Assembly: GCF_009914755.1 (NCBI RefSeq) | Contig: NC_060927.1 | Source: the human T2T-CHM13v2.0 reference genome, Homo sapiens | Length of the DNA stretch: 64,000 nt | Direction: 5' to 3' (one strand) | Shown: positions 12,661 to 25,860 of the stretch, in pieces | Position numbering within the stretch: position 1 is the first letter of the stretch | Layout of the letters: each line of letters begins with the position of its first letter | The notes under the pieces: generated by a model | Databases searched by the model: none | Told to the model about the DNA's origin: nothing | Seen by the model: the letters and a program-made list of their open reading frames with translations, nothing else | Translations under genes and position numbers: made by a program

Positions 12661-15469
12661 TACTGATATAGAACCAATTTTTAAACTATAAATACCTATA
12701 AATATTTTAATTATCATTTCTATTAACAGATACTCACATTCATATCCTGAAGAGCTTTTGTTTTTTCTCATCTTCCTTGAAATTAACCCCACCACATTCC
12801 CAATTATAGTTAACCCAAACAATCAAGTTGTTATTCTCTTGTGCAGGATAACCAGCTCATCCCATTACTGAACTTGGAACATTATGTTGAATTATATACC
12901 TCAGATGTCAAGGAAAAGTCCTTACATAAGCCACCAGCAGTAATAGAGTTTTAACCTTACTTAGTTTCCCAAAGACATTGAAATTAATTGCAATGTAAAG
13001 TTTGCTGAAACTACTAACATTAGAAACATTGAACTGCCAGTTTAAAAAATAATAAGATGGAGGGGAACAAGTCAGAATAATTTTTAAAAACAAAGACAGA
13101 TATTATGTTGAAAATCATTCAAGCATTCATAATGCTGATATAATATATTCAAGCTCTATTTGGTCAACATTTATATAATGGAAAAGTATAGAATATAATT
13201 ATTTTCTTTTAAACAGCACCAAATACTGAGAATTGATTTTCATAGAGATGGACTCTGATGCACTGCAGCCAATAGAGCTAAATGCTACATCACCATGAAG
13301 TTTAATTATGTTTAGTGTAATTATAGTATGATGTTTATTTGTAACTAAATGCTCTGCAAAGATTACTGGAACTTGGAAAGGGAGAGAAGTGAAGAAAGAA
13401 AAAAAGGAAAATAGAGGAATGGGAGAGAAAAGGGAGATTGAAAAGAGAGAAACACCATTGTATTTAAATTTTATGTCTTAACTTTTAAAATTATTTTCCC
13501 ACAACCAAAGTGCTGAAAACATATAACCAAAAATTAACCATTGAAAATTTCAAGAGTAATATTGACCAATATGAGATTTTATGTTATTCTATCCTATTTT
13601 GAAATGGATAACTACTTGATTTCTTGTGACTTTGAAGGATTTTCCTCCCCCTTTGTATTTGAAATCAGCTTAACTTTTGAGAAAATGATGATACATTAAA
13701 TTTTTAAAATTAATCACAGTGAAGTCAGAAGACTTATCTAAGATCACTGAACTGGTCATTTCCATACATCTCAAGATTCCAGTCCTTATTCTCCATGCTT
13801 CCAGGGTTTTTTATGACCTTATAATACACATCTTGTGAACTATGCTTATGCACAGGTGCATACACATGGATAGGCCATATATGTTGGGGTATCACACATA
13901 CACACATGCAAGATGCAAAGAAAAAGTCCGATGAAAAGTAGCATAACAAAAAAAAGTTTCTCCAATGCATTTTAATTTTCAATAAGCTGTAATTACTATC
14001 CATTTATTCTGTAGATTGCTATGCTTTATTCTAGATTGTTCAGGTTATATTATTCTGACAAAACCATAGTTTATGTTTTCCATTTTCTGGTCTTTTAGAT
14101 AATTTATTTTCTAAACTATCATAGGCTAATAAAAAGGCAAAGTGGATTTTTCCTCAAAAGGTAAAGTTGTGTATGATATGTGATATTGCACTATGAATGG
14201 CACTTATGCAATTTAGTTTGAATAATCTCTTCCAGTTTTAGTCTTTGGCATTTTAAAGGCATGTCAGAGATATCAAATATATTGTCTATGTGAAATGCAG
14301 ATATACATAGAAGTAAGTCTTACATTTTGACATGTTTTTAATTCACCAGATGTTCATGAAACACACACAAATCACACAATCAGACCAAGGCATGCATTAT
14401 ACATCCAGATCTTGATTAGTGTTCATAGTTAGACTTCATGCGGATTATACCACTTACTAGCTTTTTGACTGAGATAAATCAGCTTGATTAAAATGTAACA
14501 AGAAACATAAGTACTTTAAAAGAAAATGCATTTTGTAATAAAAAGCATTTAAAAATAATTTAATTAAGCTATTTCAAGATATGGACAGTATTATGGAGCA
14601 ATATACAAGACAAAATAAAACACAAGACTACAGTAATACACTTTGAAATAATAGTCTATAACTGTGTGCTTCTCCACCACCCCCTGCACCCAGATGGTAA
14701 ATTATCTAGTTTTAAGTTGATCTTTCCATTCTATGTCTTTTTGTGATTTAATTGTTTTTAAGATGTCACCAATAAATAATAAATGAGAATAAATATTATA
14801 GTGTAAAACTGTTACATTTAGTATAGTTTAATAGATAAAAGAGTGTGTGCAAACTAAGAGGGTATATGTCTAATTTCTCTATTAATTAAAGTTTAGATTT
14901 AAAATAATTTTAAAATTCAAGAAAGTTAATATTTTCAATATTTCTGCAATTTGTACCTATAAACTTGGTAATAGTTTTGACCTATTGACCCTCTCTACCA
15001 AATTAAAGGGACCTTTTATGTGCTGGGGTTGTACTAAACATGAAAGAGATAATCATGAAGCAAAACTGACCATGCCCTGAACTTACCTCCTAGTAAGTGA
15101 TTATGTAACATTCCTAAGCCTCCCACAAAAACATTTAAAATTTAAAGAAATTGGAGGCAAAAAAAGTTGTAGCATATTCTCTTTGTGATCTGTCTAGTTT
15201 TCAAATTATTCATAAAATCAAGATTTCAAATATCAACTCCAAGCTAGAAATTATGAGCTCATGCTGGATTTGGTCAATTTACATTGAGTTAATAAAAAAG
15301 GAAAAAAAATAAGTGGGATTCTACTAAAAAAAGAATCACAATACCTTTTAAGCACATGGTCATAGACATTTACATAACATTTTCTCTATTGTTATGAAAA
15401 TATCAGAAATACTGGTCATGCACAATAGTTTTTTACCTATATTATTTAGGTGTTGTCTTTATTTACTTA

Positions 15470-16510
15470 TTTAGTCGTCAAAAATTATTTATTAAGCTCT
15501 TGGGAAGTGCCAGGCACCCTTCCAGGTAACGGGGTTACAGCAGTGATCTAAACAAAGCCTCTGCCCCTGGGGACATACTTTCTAGTGGGATGTAATAGAC
15601 TGCATTTTCCAAAATTGACCATAATATTTCTGGTCCTAACTGTTCTTGCAGAGCTTTTCCATGCCTGCGTTGGCACCTGGAATTTTTTCCTCTTCTGCCT
15701 GAAGCACGCAAGACTTTGTTACTCAGTGAGTAAAATTCCACAGGAGTTATGTGCCACATGAGGTACAAGTCAATGTCATAAAAGACAAAATAACTCCCAT
15801 CTTTCTCCAGTTGTTTGGAAATTCTGAATCTCTATGTACCACTCCTGGCTACCCTACAATTGACAAACTGGGGAGAGAACATATAGATGTATAGAAATAT
15901 GCCTGAAGAGCTCTAGATCTCCCAGCTCTCAGATGTTTGAGTCTTCTTATTCCAGGTGTGGGAAATGTGAGGAAGTGAGCCTTCTAATGACTTGAACCCC
16001 AGCCACTGCATAGCTGCATAACTGCATGCAAAACCCCAATAAGAACTTGATATCTAAATCCAGTCAACTCCCAGATTCGTGAGCAAAATAAATTATTCTT
16101 ACTGTTTCAGGCTATTGTTTCAGAGTGTTACGTTATGCAGCAGATAAAAAAAACAGAAAATAAACCAATATGCTGATGAATATAGAGTATGCCACAGTGG
16201 CAAAGGATAAAGCCTTTGTAAAGCGATACAAGAGAGATAAGGAAGATAGGAAAGGGAAAGTTGGGGGTTGCTATTTTATAGAGTATTCAAGAAAGTAATG
16301 AACGATACTTGGACATTTGAGCAGAGACCTGAGAAGAGCCAGTGATTGAGGTGTGCGGGGAGAAACATTCTATCAGAGAAAAGAGTAGTGCAAAAACTCT
16401 GAGAGGTGAGTGTGCAACCTGTGTTTGCCAACCATGAGACAAGGTGGCAAGCAAGAAAAAGGAGGGTGAGAATAGTAAAAAATTAGGTTTTTGAATATAA
16501 ATAGGCCAGG
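15470..16510 (-). mobile_element. L2 3' region split by an MLT1 LTR
   Basis: 'atttattaagctc...gtgccaggcac...tctagtggga' then 'gacatttgagcagagacctga'. Confidence 0.7.
15591..16155 (+). mobile_element. MLT1 (MLT1F/G/H-like) LTR
   Basis: tgt...aca termini; 3' 'gttatgcagcagataa' typical of MLT1; interrupts L2. Confidence 0.6.
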
Positions 16511-17419
16511 GAGATATAAAGGTAAAATTGTTTGCATTCTCTGTAACTAAGGGAAAACGTAGTGTACTAAGAATACCCCCAGCTTCAAGCTCTTTGCCAA
16601 ATTTTCACAATCTGCTTTGATTAATGAGTATAGCCTCATTTTGCTTGACTAAATTTATATCATACCCTATTTGCATGCCAATGATTTTTAACCACACAGA
16701 AAATGATTTGCCCCTGACATTGTTCGTAAGCACTGGAAGGCAAATAAATCATAAAAGACAACTTTTTAAAGTGCATATTGCAAAAAGTTTATCTTCTAGA
16801 CCTAATGTTTTACAAGGATGCACTAAATTTTACAGCCTATTCTAGAATAAATGATTAATCTGACTTGTAATTTTATGTATATTTGTGAGAGTAATGCTCT
16901 CATAAAAACAGCCATTGAACAGGAAAGTACCTTTTGTCTGTGGCCCAGATCTTCTCAAAGTGTTTTATCATGGGTGGAAAATATGCTTTTGTCTGTCAGT
17001 AGTGAAGTAATAAAAACTCACATATAAGCTGTGCTTGAGTGATTGTGTTAATTAACATGAAGCATTGACTGAATCTGGATTTAGGTACAGCTGTCACATG
17101 GGCTGCTGGAAAATATGGTGAAGTTTTGGATATGGGAAATGACAGATAAACTAGATAAACTTTATTAAACTCTAATTCTGTTCCCACCATCACCACATGT
17201 GTGTTCACCAAAGGGGTTGTACCTTTATTTACCTGGCCTGGGTTTTCTAGTCATACACGCACAAAAAGTGATAAGAAAATAAAACACAATTAAGAGAAAG
17301 TTAAACCCTGGAAAAATTTTGCTGGATAATCAAGAAATGCCTAAGTAATCTATATTCAATATAACTGCATTATATGTAAAATGTTTATTTGCTGACACTA
17401 TAGGTCATTAAGGCTGGTT

Positions 17420-17769
17420 TTTAATGTTTTTAATTTGTATAAGTTTAAGGAGTACAGGTACAGTTTTGTTACATGGATATACTGTGTGTATATATATACA
17501 TATAGTATAGTGGTATATATATATATATATATATATAAAAGAGTGGTAAAGTCTAGGCTTTTAGTGTAACCATCACCCTAACAATGTACATTGTGCCCAA
17601 TAGGTAATTTCTCATCCCTTCCCCCTCCTCCTGTAGTGTCTATTTTTCCACAGTGTCTCCAGTGTCTATTGTTCTACATTCTATGTCCATATGTGTACTT
17701 TGTTTAGCTCTCACTTGTAAGTGAGAACATGTGGTGTTTGACTTCAGTTTCTGAGTTATTTCACTTAAC
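17420..17769 (-). mobile_element. L1PB3/4-like 3' end
   Basis: 'gtacagttttgttacatggatat...gcttttagtgtaaccatcacc...ttctgagttatttcacttaa'; internal (TA)n. Confidence 0.8.
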
Positions 17770-17848
17770 ACACTCTCAAGACTTAACCAGGAAGACATTG
17801 ACTCCCTGAATAGATCAATAACGAGCTTCAAAATTGAAATTAAAGTGG

Positions 17849-17865
17849 TAGGTTCCCCATCGCTT

Positions 17866-17903
<38 letters not shown>

Positions 17904-18071
17904 GCTGCCATGTAAGACGTGTCCTGCTTTCCCTTCACCTTCTGCCATGATTGTACGTTTCCTAAGACCTCCCTAAACATGTGGAACTGTGAGTCAACTA
18001 GACCTCTTTTGTTTATTAATTACTCAAGTACAGGTAGTATCTTTATAGCAGTGTGAGAACAGACTAATGTA
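17849..18071 (+). mobile_element. 3' half of THE1D/MSTA-like LTR with (CT)n
   Basis: 'gccatgtaagacgtgtcctgct...ttatagcagtgtgagaacagactaat'. Confidence 0.85.
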
Positions 18072-21000
18072 AGAGATTTCTAACTTTTTAATGTAGGTGT
18101 TCAGTGCTATAAATTTCCCTGTTAACATTACCTTAGCTATGTTCCAGGCATTCTGATATGTAGTATCTTTTTTCTCATTAAATTCAAATGACTTCTTGAT
18201 TTCTACCTTAATTTTATTATTTACCCAAAAGTCATTCTGGAGCAGGTTGTTTACTTTCCATGTGATTGCATGGTTTTGAGTGATTTTTAAGTTTTGATTT
18301 GTATTTGTATTGTGTTGTGGTCCAAGAGTGTGTTTGCTATGATTTTGGTTCTTTTTTATTTGCTAAGGATTGTTTTATGTCCAATTGTGTAATCAGTTTA
18401 AAAGTATGTGCCATGTGGTGATGAGAAGGATGTATATTCTGTTGTTTGAGGCATAGAGTTCTGTAGAGGTCTATCAGATTCATCTGGTCCAATGTTGACT
18501 TCAGGTCCTGAAGATCTTTCTTAATTTTCTGCCTCAATAAGCTGTCTAATACTGGCAGTGGAGTGTTGAATTCTCCCATGACTATTGTATGGGAGTCTAT
18601 GTTTCATTGTAGGTCTCTAAGAACTTGCTTCATGAATCTGGGTATTCCCGTGTTGGGTGCAGCTATATTTAGGATAGTTAAGTCTTCTTGTTTAATTGAA
18701 TGCTTTACCATTATGTATGCCCTTTATTGTGGTTTTTTGATCATCATTGGTTTAAAATTTGTTTTGTCTGAAATTAGAATTGTAACTCCTGTTTTTTTCT
18801 CATTCCTATTTGCTTGGTAGATTTTCCTCCATCCCTTTATTTTGAGCTTATAGGTGTCACCGCATGTAAGATGGGTCTCTTGAACACAACATACCATTGG
18901 GTCTTACCTTTTCACCCAGCTTGCCACGCTGTGCCTTTTAAATGGAGCATTTAGCCTATTTACATTCAAGATTAGTATTGATATGTGTGAATTTTATCCT
19001 CTCATTGTGTTGTTAGCTGATTATTATGCCAGCTTGTTAGTGTGGCTGCTTTATAGTATCACAGGTCTGTGTACTTAAGTGTGTTTTTGTATTGTCTGGA
19101 AACAGTCTTTCCTTTCCATATTTAGTGCTCCTTTCAAGATTTCTTGTAAGACGGGTCTGGTGGTAATGTGCTCCCTCAGCATTTGCTTATCTGAAAGGGA
19201 TCTTATTTCTCCTTTGCTGAGGAAACTTAGTTTAGCTGGATATGATATTCTTGGTTGAAGTTTTTTCATTTACCATTGTTGAATATAGGCCACCAATCTC
19301 TTCTGGCTTGTAGGGTTTCTGCTGAGATGTCCACTGTTAGCCTGATGGGCTTTCTTTTTAGTGACCTTCCCTTTCTCTCTAGCTGTCTTGTCTTTAACAT
19401 GCTTTCTTTTATTTCAACCTTGGAAAATCTGATGATTGTATGTCTTGTGGATAGTCTTTTGTTGACTCCTATAGGAGTTCTCTGTATTTCCTGAATTTGA
19501 CTGTTGGCCTCTGTAGCAAGGTTAGGAATGTTTCCATGGATGATACCCTAAAATATGCATCCCAAGTTGTTTACTTTCTCCTCATCCCTTTCAGGGATGC
19601 CAGTGATTTATAGATTTGGCTTATTTACATAATCACATTTCTTGGAGATTTTGTTCATTCTTTTTTCTTGTTTTTACTTTTATTTATTTATTTTTTTGTC
19701 TGACTGTCTTATTTCAGAATGCCAGTCTCTGTCTTATTTCAGAAAGCCAGTTTTTCACTTCTGAGATTCTTTTCTCAGAAGTGTCTTTCAGCTGTATCAG
19801 ATCAGTTAGGTTTTTGTTTTGTTTTGTTTTGTTTTAATACTGGCTATTTTGTCTGTCAGTTTGTGTGTCATTTTATTGTGATTCTTAGTTTCCTTGGATC
19901 AGGTTTTGCCATTCTCCTAAATCTCAGTGATCTTCATTTCTATCCATATTCTGAATTCTATTTCAGTGATTTCAGCAAACAAAGTCTCGTTAAGAGCCTT
20001 TATTGAAGAGCTAGTGCAGTTGTGTGGAGGATGTAAGACATTCTGGCCATTTGAGTTGCTGCAGTTTCTGTGTTGTTTTTTTCTCATCTCTGTGTGTGGG
20101 TGTTCCTTTAACTGCTTGGCTGCCTCTAATTAAAGTGGGCAGAAGCAGAGTGGTTGTGTTGGAGTCCCAGGTCAGGGACCCCCACCCAGTAAGGAGAAGT
20201 GATGATGGAGACCTGGGTGGAGAATAATCCAGCCACTTTTCTCTGAGTTTCATGCTGTATGCTGGAGGTCCAAAAGAGCATTTGGTCCAGCAGACTCTCC
20301 AGAGCATGGAGAGAGCAAGGATGAGAGCTGGAAGACAGAAAAGATGGCAATACACCCCTTCCACTGGAAGCTCTGGAAGTTTCAGAGCTCCTACTGGCTC
20401 CATAGTCCCAGAAAAAGGTGGCTGGAGACCTGGGCTGGGAATATCCACTCAGTGAGGAGATATGAGACCCACGTAACAGTCTGGCCACTTTTCACTAGGG
20501 CTGCTGCAGTAACCTGGGGGTCCACTCCAGTTCCTAGTCACCTTGGATTTTCCAGTGCCTGCAGGTGTCAATAGTGAAGGCTGAAAGACAGCAAAAGTAT
20601 GGTCTGCCCCTCCCTCTGGGAACTCCATCCCAGGGAGCTCCAAGTTGGTAGCTGGGGACTTAGGTTGGGAAGTCCCACTCAGTAAGGAGGAAGGGGATCA
20701 GGGACCTGTTTAAAAAAGCAGTCTGGCCACTTCTTTGTAGAGCAGATGTGCTGTGTTGGAGGTCCATTCCAGCACTCAGTCAACTTGGACTCTCCAAAAT
20801 CCAAAGGTGACAATGGCTAAGGCTGCAAAACAGCAATGATAACAGCCTGCCTCTCCCTCTGGGAACTACATCCCAGGGATGTTTGCAACTGCTGCCAGCT
20901 GGAATAGGCTGGTAGGTGTCGTGTAGACCTCAGTCAGGAGATTCCACTCAGTGAAGAAAAATGGGATCTGGGACCCAGGTGAAAATGCAGTCTGGCCACC

Positions 21001-21100
21001 TTTTCATAGTGCTGCTGCATTGTGCCAGAGGACTGCTCCAGTCCATGGTCACCTTGGATTCCCTGGAGCTTAAAGGCACCAAAGGCTAAGGCTGTAGAGC
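18072..21100 (-). mobile_element. L1P 5' portion (monomeric 5'UTR, ORF1, ORF2 endonuclease), decayed
   Basis: ORF remnants GEFNTPL...LIDLYRTL (EN) and QPRISYPAKLSF...DKQMLRE (ORF1). Confidence 0.9.
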
Positions 21101-21101
21101 T

Positions 21102-21530
21102 ACCATATTTTCTGTATCCAGTTATTCATTGATAGACACAAAGGTTGATTTCATAACATTTGCTGTTGTGAATAGTGCTGTGATAAACATCTGAGTGCAA
21201 GTATCTTTTTTATATAATTTTGTTTCTTTGGGAACATACCCAGTAAGTAGCAGGATTGCTGGATCAAATGGTAGTTCTATTTTTGGCTATTTGGGAAATC
21301 TCCATACTATTTCTCATAGAGTTTTTACTAATTTAAATTCCCACCAAGAGCTTGTAGGAGCTCCTTTTTCTCTGCATCTTTGTCAATATCTGTTATTATT
21401 TGACTTCTCAGTGATAGCCATGTGAACTGGTGAAAGATGACATCCCATTGCGGTTTTAATTTGCATTTCCCCAATATTTAGTAATGTTATCATTTTTTCA
21501 TATGTTTATTGGCCATTTGTGTGTCTTTTA
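21102..21530 (-). mobile_element. L1 ORF2 3' fragment, probable continuation of 17420-17769
   Basis: 'gtgaatagtgctgtgataaacat...ggattgctggatcaaatggtagttctattttt'. Confidence 0.85.
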
Positions 21531-22479
21531 TGTGAGTGCAGTCCTTTAAAAGGGTAGTTTTATTGTTCAAAACATTAAATATTCTTGCACAGAGTGGGCA
21601 GGTCTGCCCAGAATCATAACAGTTTACATACTGTGAGACAGTCAGAATGACTGTTTGGACTGAACTGCTGGGATTCTGGTCATCTGGCAGCTAGAAGAAA
21701 TTTACAGTAGAAATAAAAGAACATGACTATTTCAAGTATATTAGATCTTTGAAGAGAAAGATGATCATTAAGTCATAATGGGAAATATATTAACATATAT
21801 TTTCTAAAATTAATATATTTGTATGGAATACCAAGACTTCTCTAATACTAATCATTATTGTCTATGAATATCTCCATTAAAGAGTAATCACCTGGAACTG
21901 AGTTTTCATTACTGTGTATCAACCTAGTTATTAGATTTCTCTATGAATCAAATCAAAAATACAATGCCAGTTTTTTTCAACATATTTGTCTATAAAACAG
22001 AATCTTATACTCAGGGTTTTCCTCTTATGGGAGGCTGTAACTCAAGCTTAAAAATTAATTGACATTTTCATGTTGGCTAGATGAAAATTTAAGTCATGTT
22101 TCTTACCCCACTAAAATTAATATAAAACAGTTTGCCCTTCTGAAACTGGGTTGCAGATCTTCAGGAAGCAGAGATATGCTGTGGACAGAAGGAAATGAAA
22201 ACTATAGGGTATCATGGAAAAGGATTCTAAAGCATCTGTCATATGAGATGGTGGGTAAGAAAAAATATTTTCCCACATATTATTATTAAAAAGTAACCAT
22301 TTAAACATGTTGAAAGGCTACTACAGTGAACATCTTGCTATTATATATATTCTGACAAACTCTGATTTTGAATATGCGTGTTTACCCTACTAATATTTAG
22401 TGTAATTATGGTTTGCATTTAAAATAAACATTGCAAAACTTGTTAACTTTCTCCAGTTGTTACTTTTGTTTGTTTCTCT

Positions 22480-24650
22480 CCTTTCCTGACTTATTTTGAA
22501 TTATTTTGGGATTTTTTAGAATTCCATATTAACGTATCAAGTGGTTTTTTAGTAAACCTTTCTGCATTGCTTTTTAGTGTTCATTTTAAGATTACAATAT
22601 GCATTCTTAATGCCTCAAGTGTTTGCTTCTAGGTAATGTTATACCACTTGCAATCATAGAGGTCCATTGACCACACTCCTTTATGTTAGAGTTTCTAAAT
22701 GTACACATCGCATATTTATGAATACCAAATGACAATGTTTTGTAAATAATAATCCATATATTGTATTGTATATAGTGTAAAATTCACTAATTAAAATCCA
22801 TGAATTATAGATAAAAGATCTTAGTATGTATTTTAAACAAATTACCATTTTCAGGGCTTTTTATTTATTCCTGAATATACAAGGGTCCATCCTGCATTGT
22901 TTCTTCTACTCTGAATAAATCTTCAGAATTTCTTGTGGGACAGGTCTGCTGGCATTGAATATTAAATGCTAAGGAATTATCTTTGATCTTTTTAAACCTG
23001 AAAATCTATTTGATTCTCCTTCATTTTGGAATTATATTTTTCCTGGATATAGTAGTATCTTGGGGTGATAATATTTTTTTCCTTAGCACTTTATGAGGTG
23101 GCTCACGCCTGTAATCCTAGCACTTTAGGAGGCCAAGGCGGGTGGATCACCTGAGGTCAGGAGTTTGAGAACAGCCTGGGCAACATGGTGAAACCCCATT
23201 TCTACTAAAAATACAAAAACTAGCCAGGTGTGGTTGCACGTGCCTGTAATCCAGCTACTTGGGAGGCGGAGGCAGGAGCATTGCTGGAACCCGGGAGGCA
23301 GAGGCTGTAAGGGAGCCAAGGTCGCACCACTGCACTTCAGCCTGGGCAACAGAGCAAGACTCTGTCCAAAAAAAAAAAAAAAAGATTTGTTTTCATTGTC
23401 TTTTGGCACCCATTGTTTATGGTGAGGTTAGTAATCATTCACATTTTTATGTAGCTATGTGTTCTTTTGTCTGATGGCTTAAAAAAATTCTTATATTTTA
23501 ATCACTTACTGTTAGGATCTTAAAGGCTCATTACTTGGGTTTCACTGAACTTATGTATATAAACATATGTACATTACCATATTTTAAAAATTTTAAGCAA
23601 TTATTTCTTTAAACATTTTAAAATTTTAATACAATTCTTTGTTTTCTACTTTTATGGGGTAATGCTTTTTGATATTATCTCACAGGTTTTGAGGTTTTGT
23701 CAAAATTTTTAATTGTCTTTTTTGTTTCCCACTATTTTCTGGATTGACTAAATTCTGTTTGCTCATATTCAAGTTTCCTAACTTGTTCTTTTGTAATTTC
23801 CATTGTTCTGTTAAGCACACCTAGTGAGTTATTTTTAAAATATTTTATTTTTCAGTTCTAGAATTTCCATTTAGTTATTTCTTATGAATTCTGTTTCTCT
23901 ACTGAGATTTCCTATGCATACATTTATTATAAGCTTTTTTCTTTCATGCCCTTTATCTTCTTGCTTTAATATTTGGTTCACATTAAGACATGTTTAGGTT
24001 TATTATATTTTTCTTTGACAATACATCATATTTTCCTATTTCTTCATATGTCAAATAGCTTGGATTGCATCACAGACCTTGTTATGCATCTCATTGTACC
24101 CTTCCAAAGTGGATTGCTGTTTCATGAGACATTTAACCTGGTTGGATTCGAACTACAGTTCTGTCTCTTGGGCATACAGTCAAATCTCATTTCAGTTCTT
24201 TCAGCTTTGACTGAGCTGTTCAGAATGTTTCATCAATGTGTAGTCCGGGAGGCAGAACAGAAGTGGCAGAGCTTAAACTGAGAATTGAGACTCTCCCTCT
24301 CTTCTATTTCTAGGATCTCTCCCTTGTTTTCCAGTGCTGGAACTGCCTCAAACTACAGCATCTAGGTTTTTAAGTTGGAAAGTCTAAAGTTTCCTCTTAG
24401 AGTTTATGGAGTCCTGAATGGCACAAAGGGGGCTTCTCTTTAAAGGCCACATACACGTATACATACATACATGTGAACATACATACATAAAGAATAAAAT
24501 TACCTAGTGCATTCTCTGTTCCAGCTATCTAGTCCCCTTTCTGTTAGCTTTTGGTTGCTTTCCACTGTTTTTGATATTTTGTAAAAGACTTATACTAGTC
24601 ACCTGAAAGAGAGTTTGTCAGATATGATCTTTCTTGGCCATTGACTAAGA
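22480..24650 (-). mobile_element. Old L1ME fragments (ORF1/5' region)
   Basis: 'tttcttgtgggacaggtctgctggcattgaat', 'ttttcagttctagaatttccattt'. Confidence 0.6.
23097..23383 (+). mobile_element. AluS (Sx/Sz-like)
   Basis: Dimeric Alu with A16 tail. Confidence 0.96.
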
Positions 24651-25209
24651 AGAACCTTAAAGAGAAATCATTTTAATGTTAAAATGAGCATAATATAGGT
24701 GATAAAAAATAGGTTTAACATTTTCTGGTAAAGCTCAACTGGAGAGTTGGCTACTTACACAGATTCACTCAGGCCAGCCAGATCATGATGTTGATGAAGA
24801 ATGTGCTTCCCCTACCATTGGCAATGCACATTGGATTTTTATGTAAGCCTAAAAGCCTCATAGAAAATTTTTAAAATTTTTTTCAGGAATATGCATTTAT
24901 TATCTATTTTTAAGAAAAAAAATAGCCCCTGGAAAAGACTAAAAGCTCTTAATAAATTTCCATCCTGACAGTAAGAGAAAATATTTGATCCCATTTTTCT
25001 TAATAGTACCTATTTGCATTTTTCTGTATTCAGTAGCATAATTGTAAGTTGATTCTGAAAAACAGTCTTTTTCATGGAGAGATCACCTCTTTGTAACAAA
25101 TACAGTGACCATGACATTTGAAAAAGGGATGTTCCCATTTTTATGTTTTAAATAACAGACAATTTATATTCCAAAGTGTTTAATAAAGCATCTGTTTTGT
25201 TGATTTTAT

Positions 25210-25860
25210 TTCTTATTGTATTTTGTTGGGTTTATTTAAGATATACAACACGTTGCTATAGGTTACATATAGATATTTAAAAGGTTACTATAGTGAAGCA
25301 AATTAATATACCAATCATTGTATTAATCTGTTATCATGCTGCTAATAAAGACACACTTGAGACTGGGCAATTTATAAAGAAAAAAAGTCTAATGGACTCA
25401 GAGTTCCACATGGCTGGAGAGGCCTCACAATTACGGCAGAAGGCAAAGAACACATCTTACATGGCGACAGGCAAGAGAGAACTTGTGTAGGGGAACTCAC
25501 CTTGTATAAAACCATTAGATCTCATGAGACTTATTCACTCAGGAGAACAGCATGGGAAAGACCCACCCTCATGATTCAATTACCTCCCACCCATAGCTTC
25601 CCACAACACATGGGAATTATGGGAGCACAATTTAAGATGAGATTTGGATTGGGACACAGCCAAACCACATCAATCATCTCCAACATATTTAACCATTTAT
25701 TTTATTCTTGTAGCAAGAGCCACTAAAATCTACTCATTTAGCATGAATCCCATATGCAGTGCACTTTTATTACCTACAGCCCCCATGTTGTGCCTTAGAA
25801 CTCTAGACTTGTTTGTCTTACAAATCTGCTATTTTGAATCCTCTGGTCTTCATCTGAAGG
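25210..25860 (-). mobile_element. L1MA 3' end fragment split by a THE1 LTR
   Basis: 'ggttactatagtgaagcaaattaatata' / 'taaaatctactcatttagca'. Confidence 0.75.
25319..25672 (-). mobile_element. THE1B-like solo LTR
   Basis: tgtatt...cagccaaaccacatca; perfect 5-bp TSD atcat (25314-25318, 25673-25677). Confidence 0.93.

Noticed and set aside
20011-20643. Overlapping 64-145 aa ORFs
   Set aside because: Lie in GC-richer L1 5'UTR monomers; no recognisable protein
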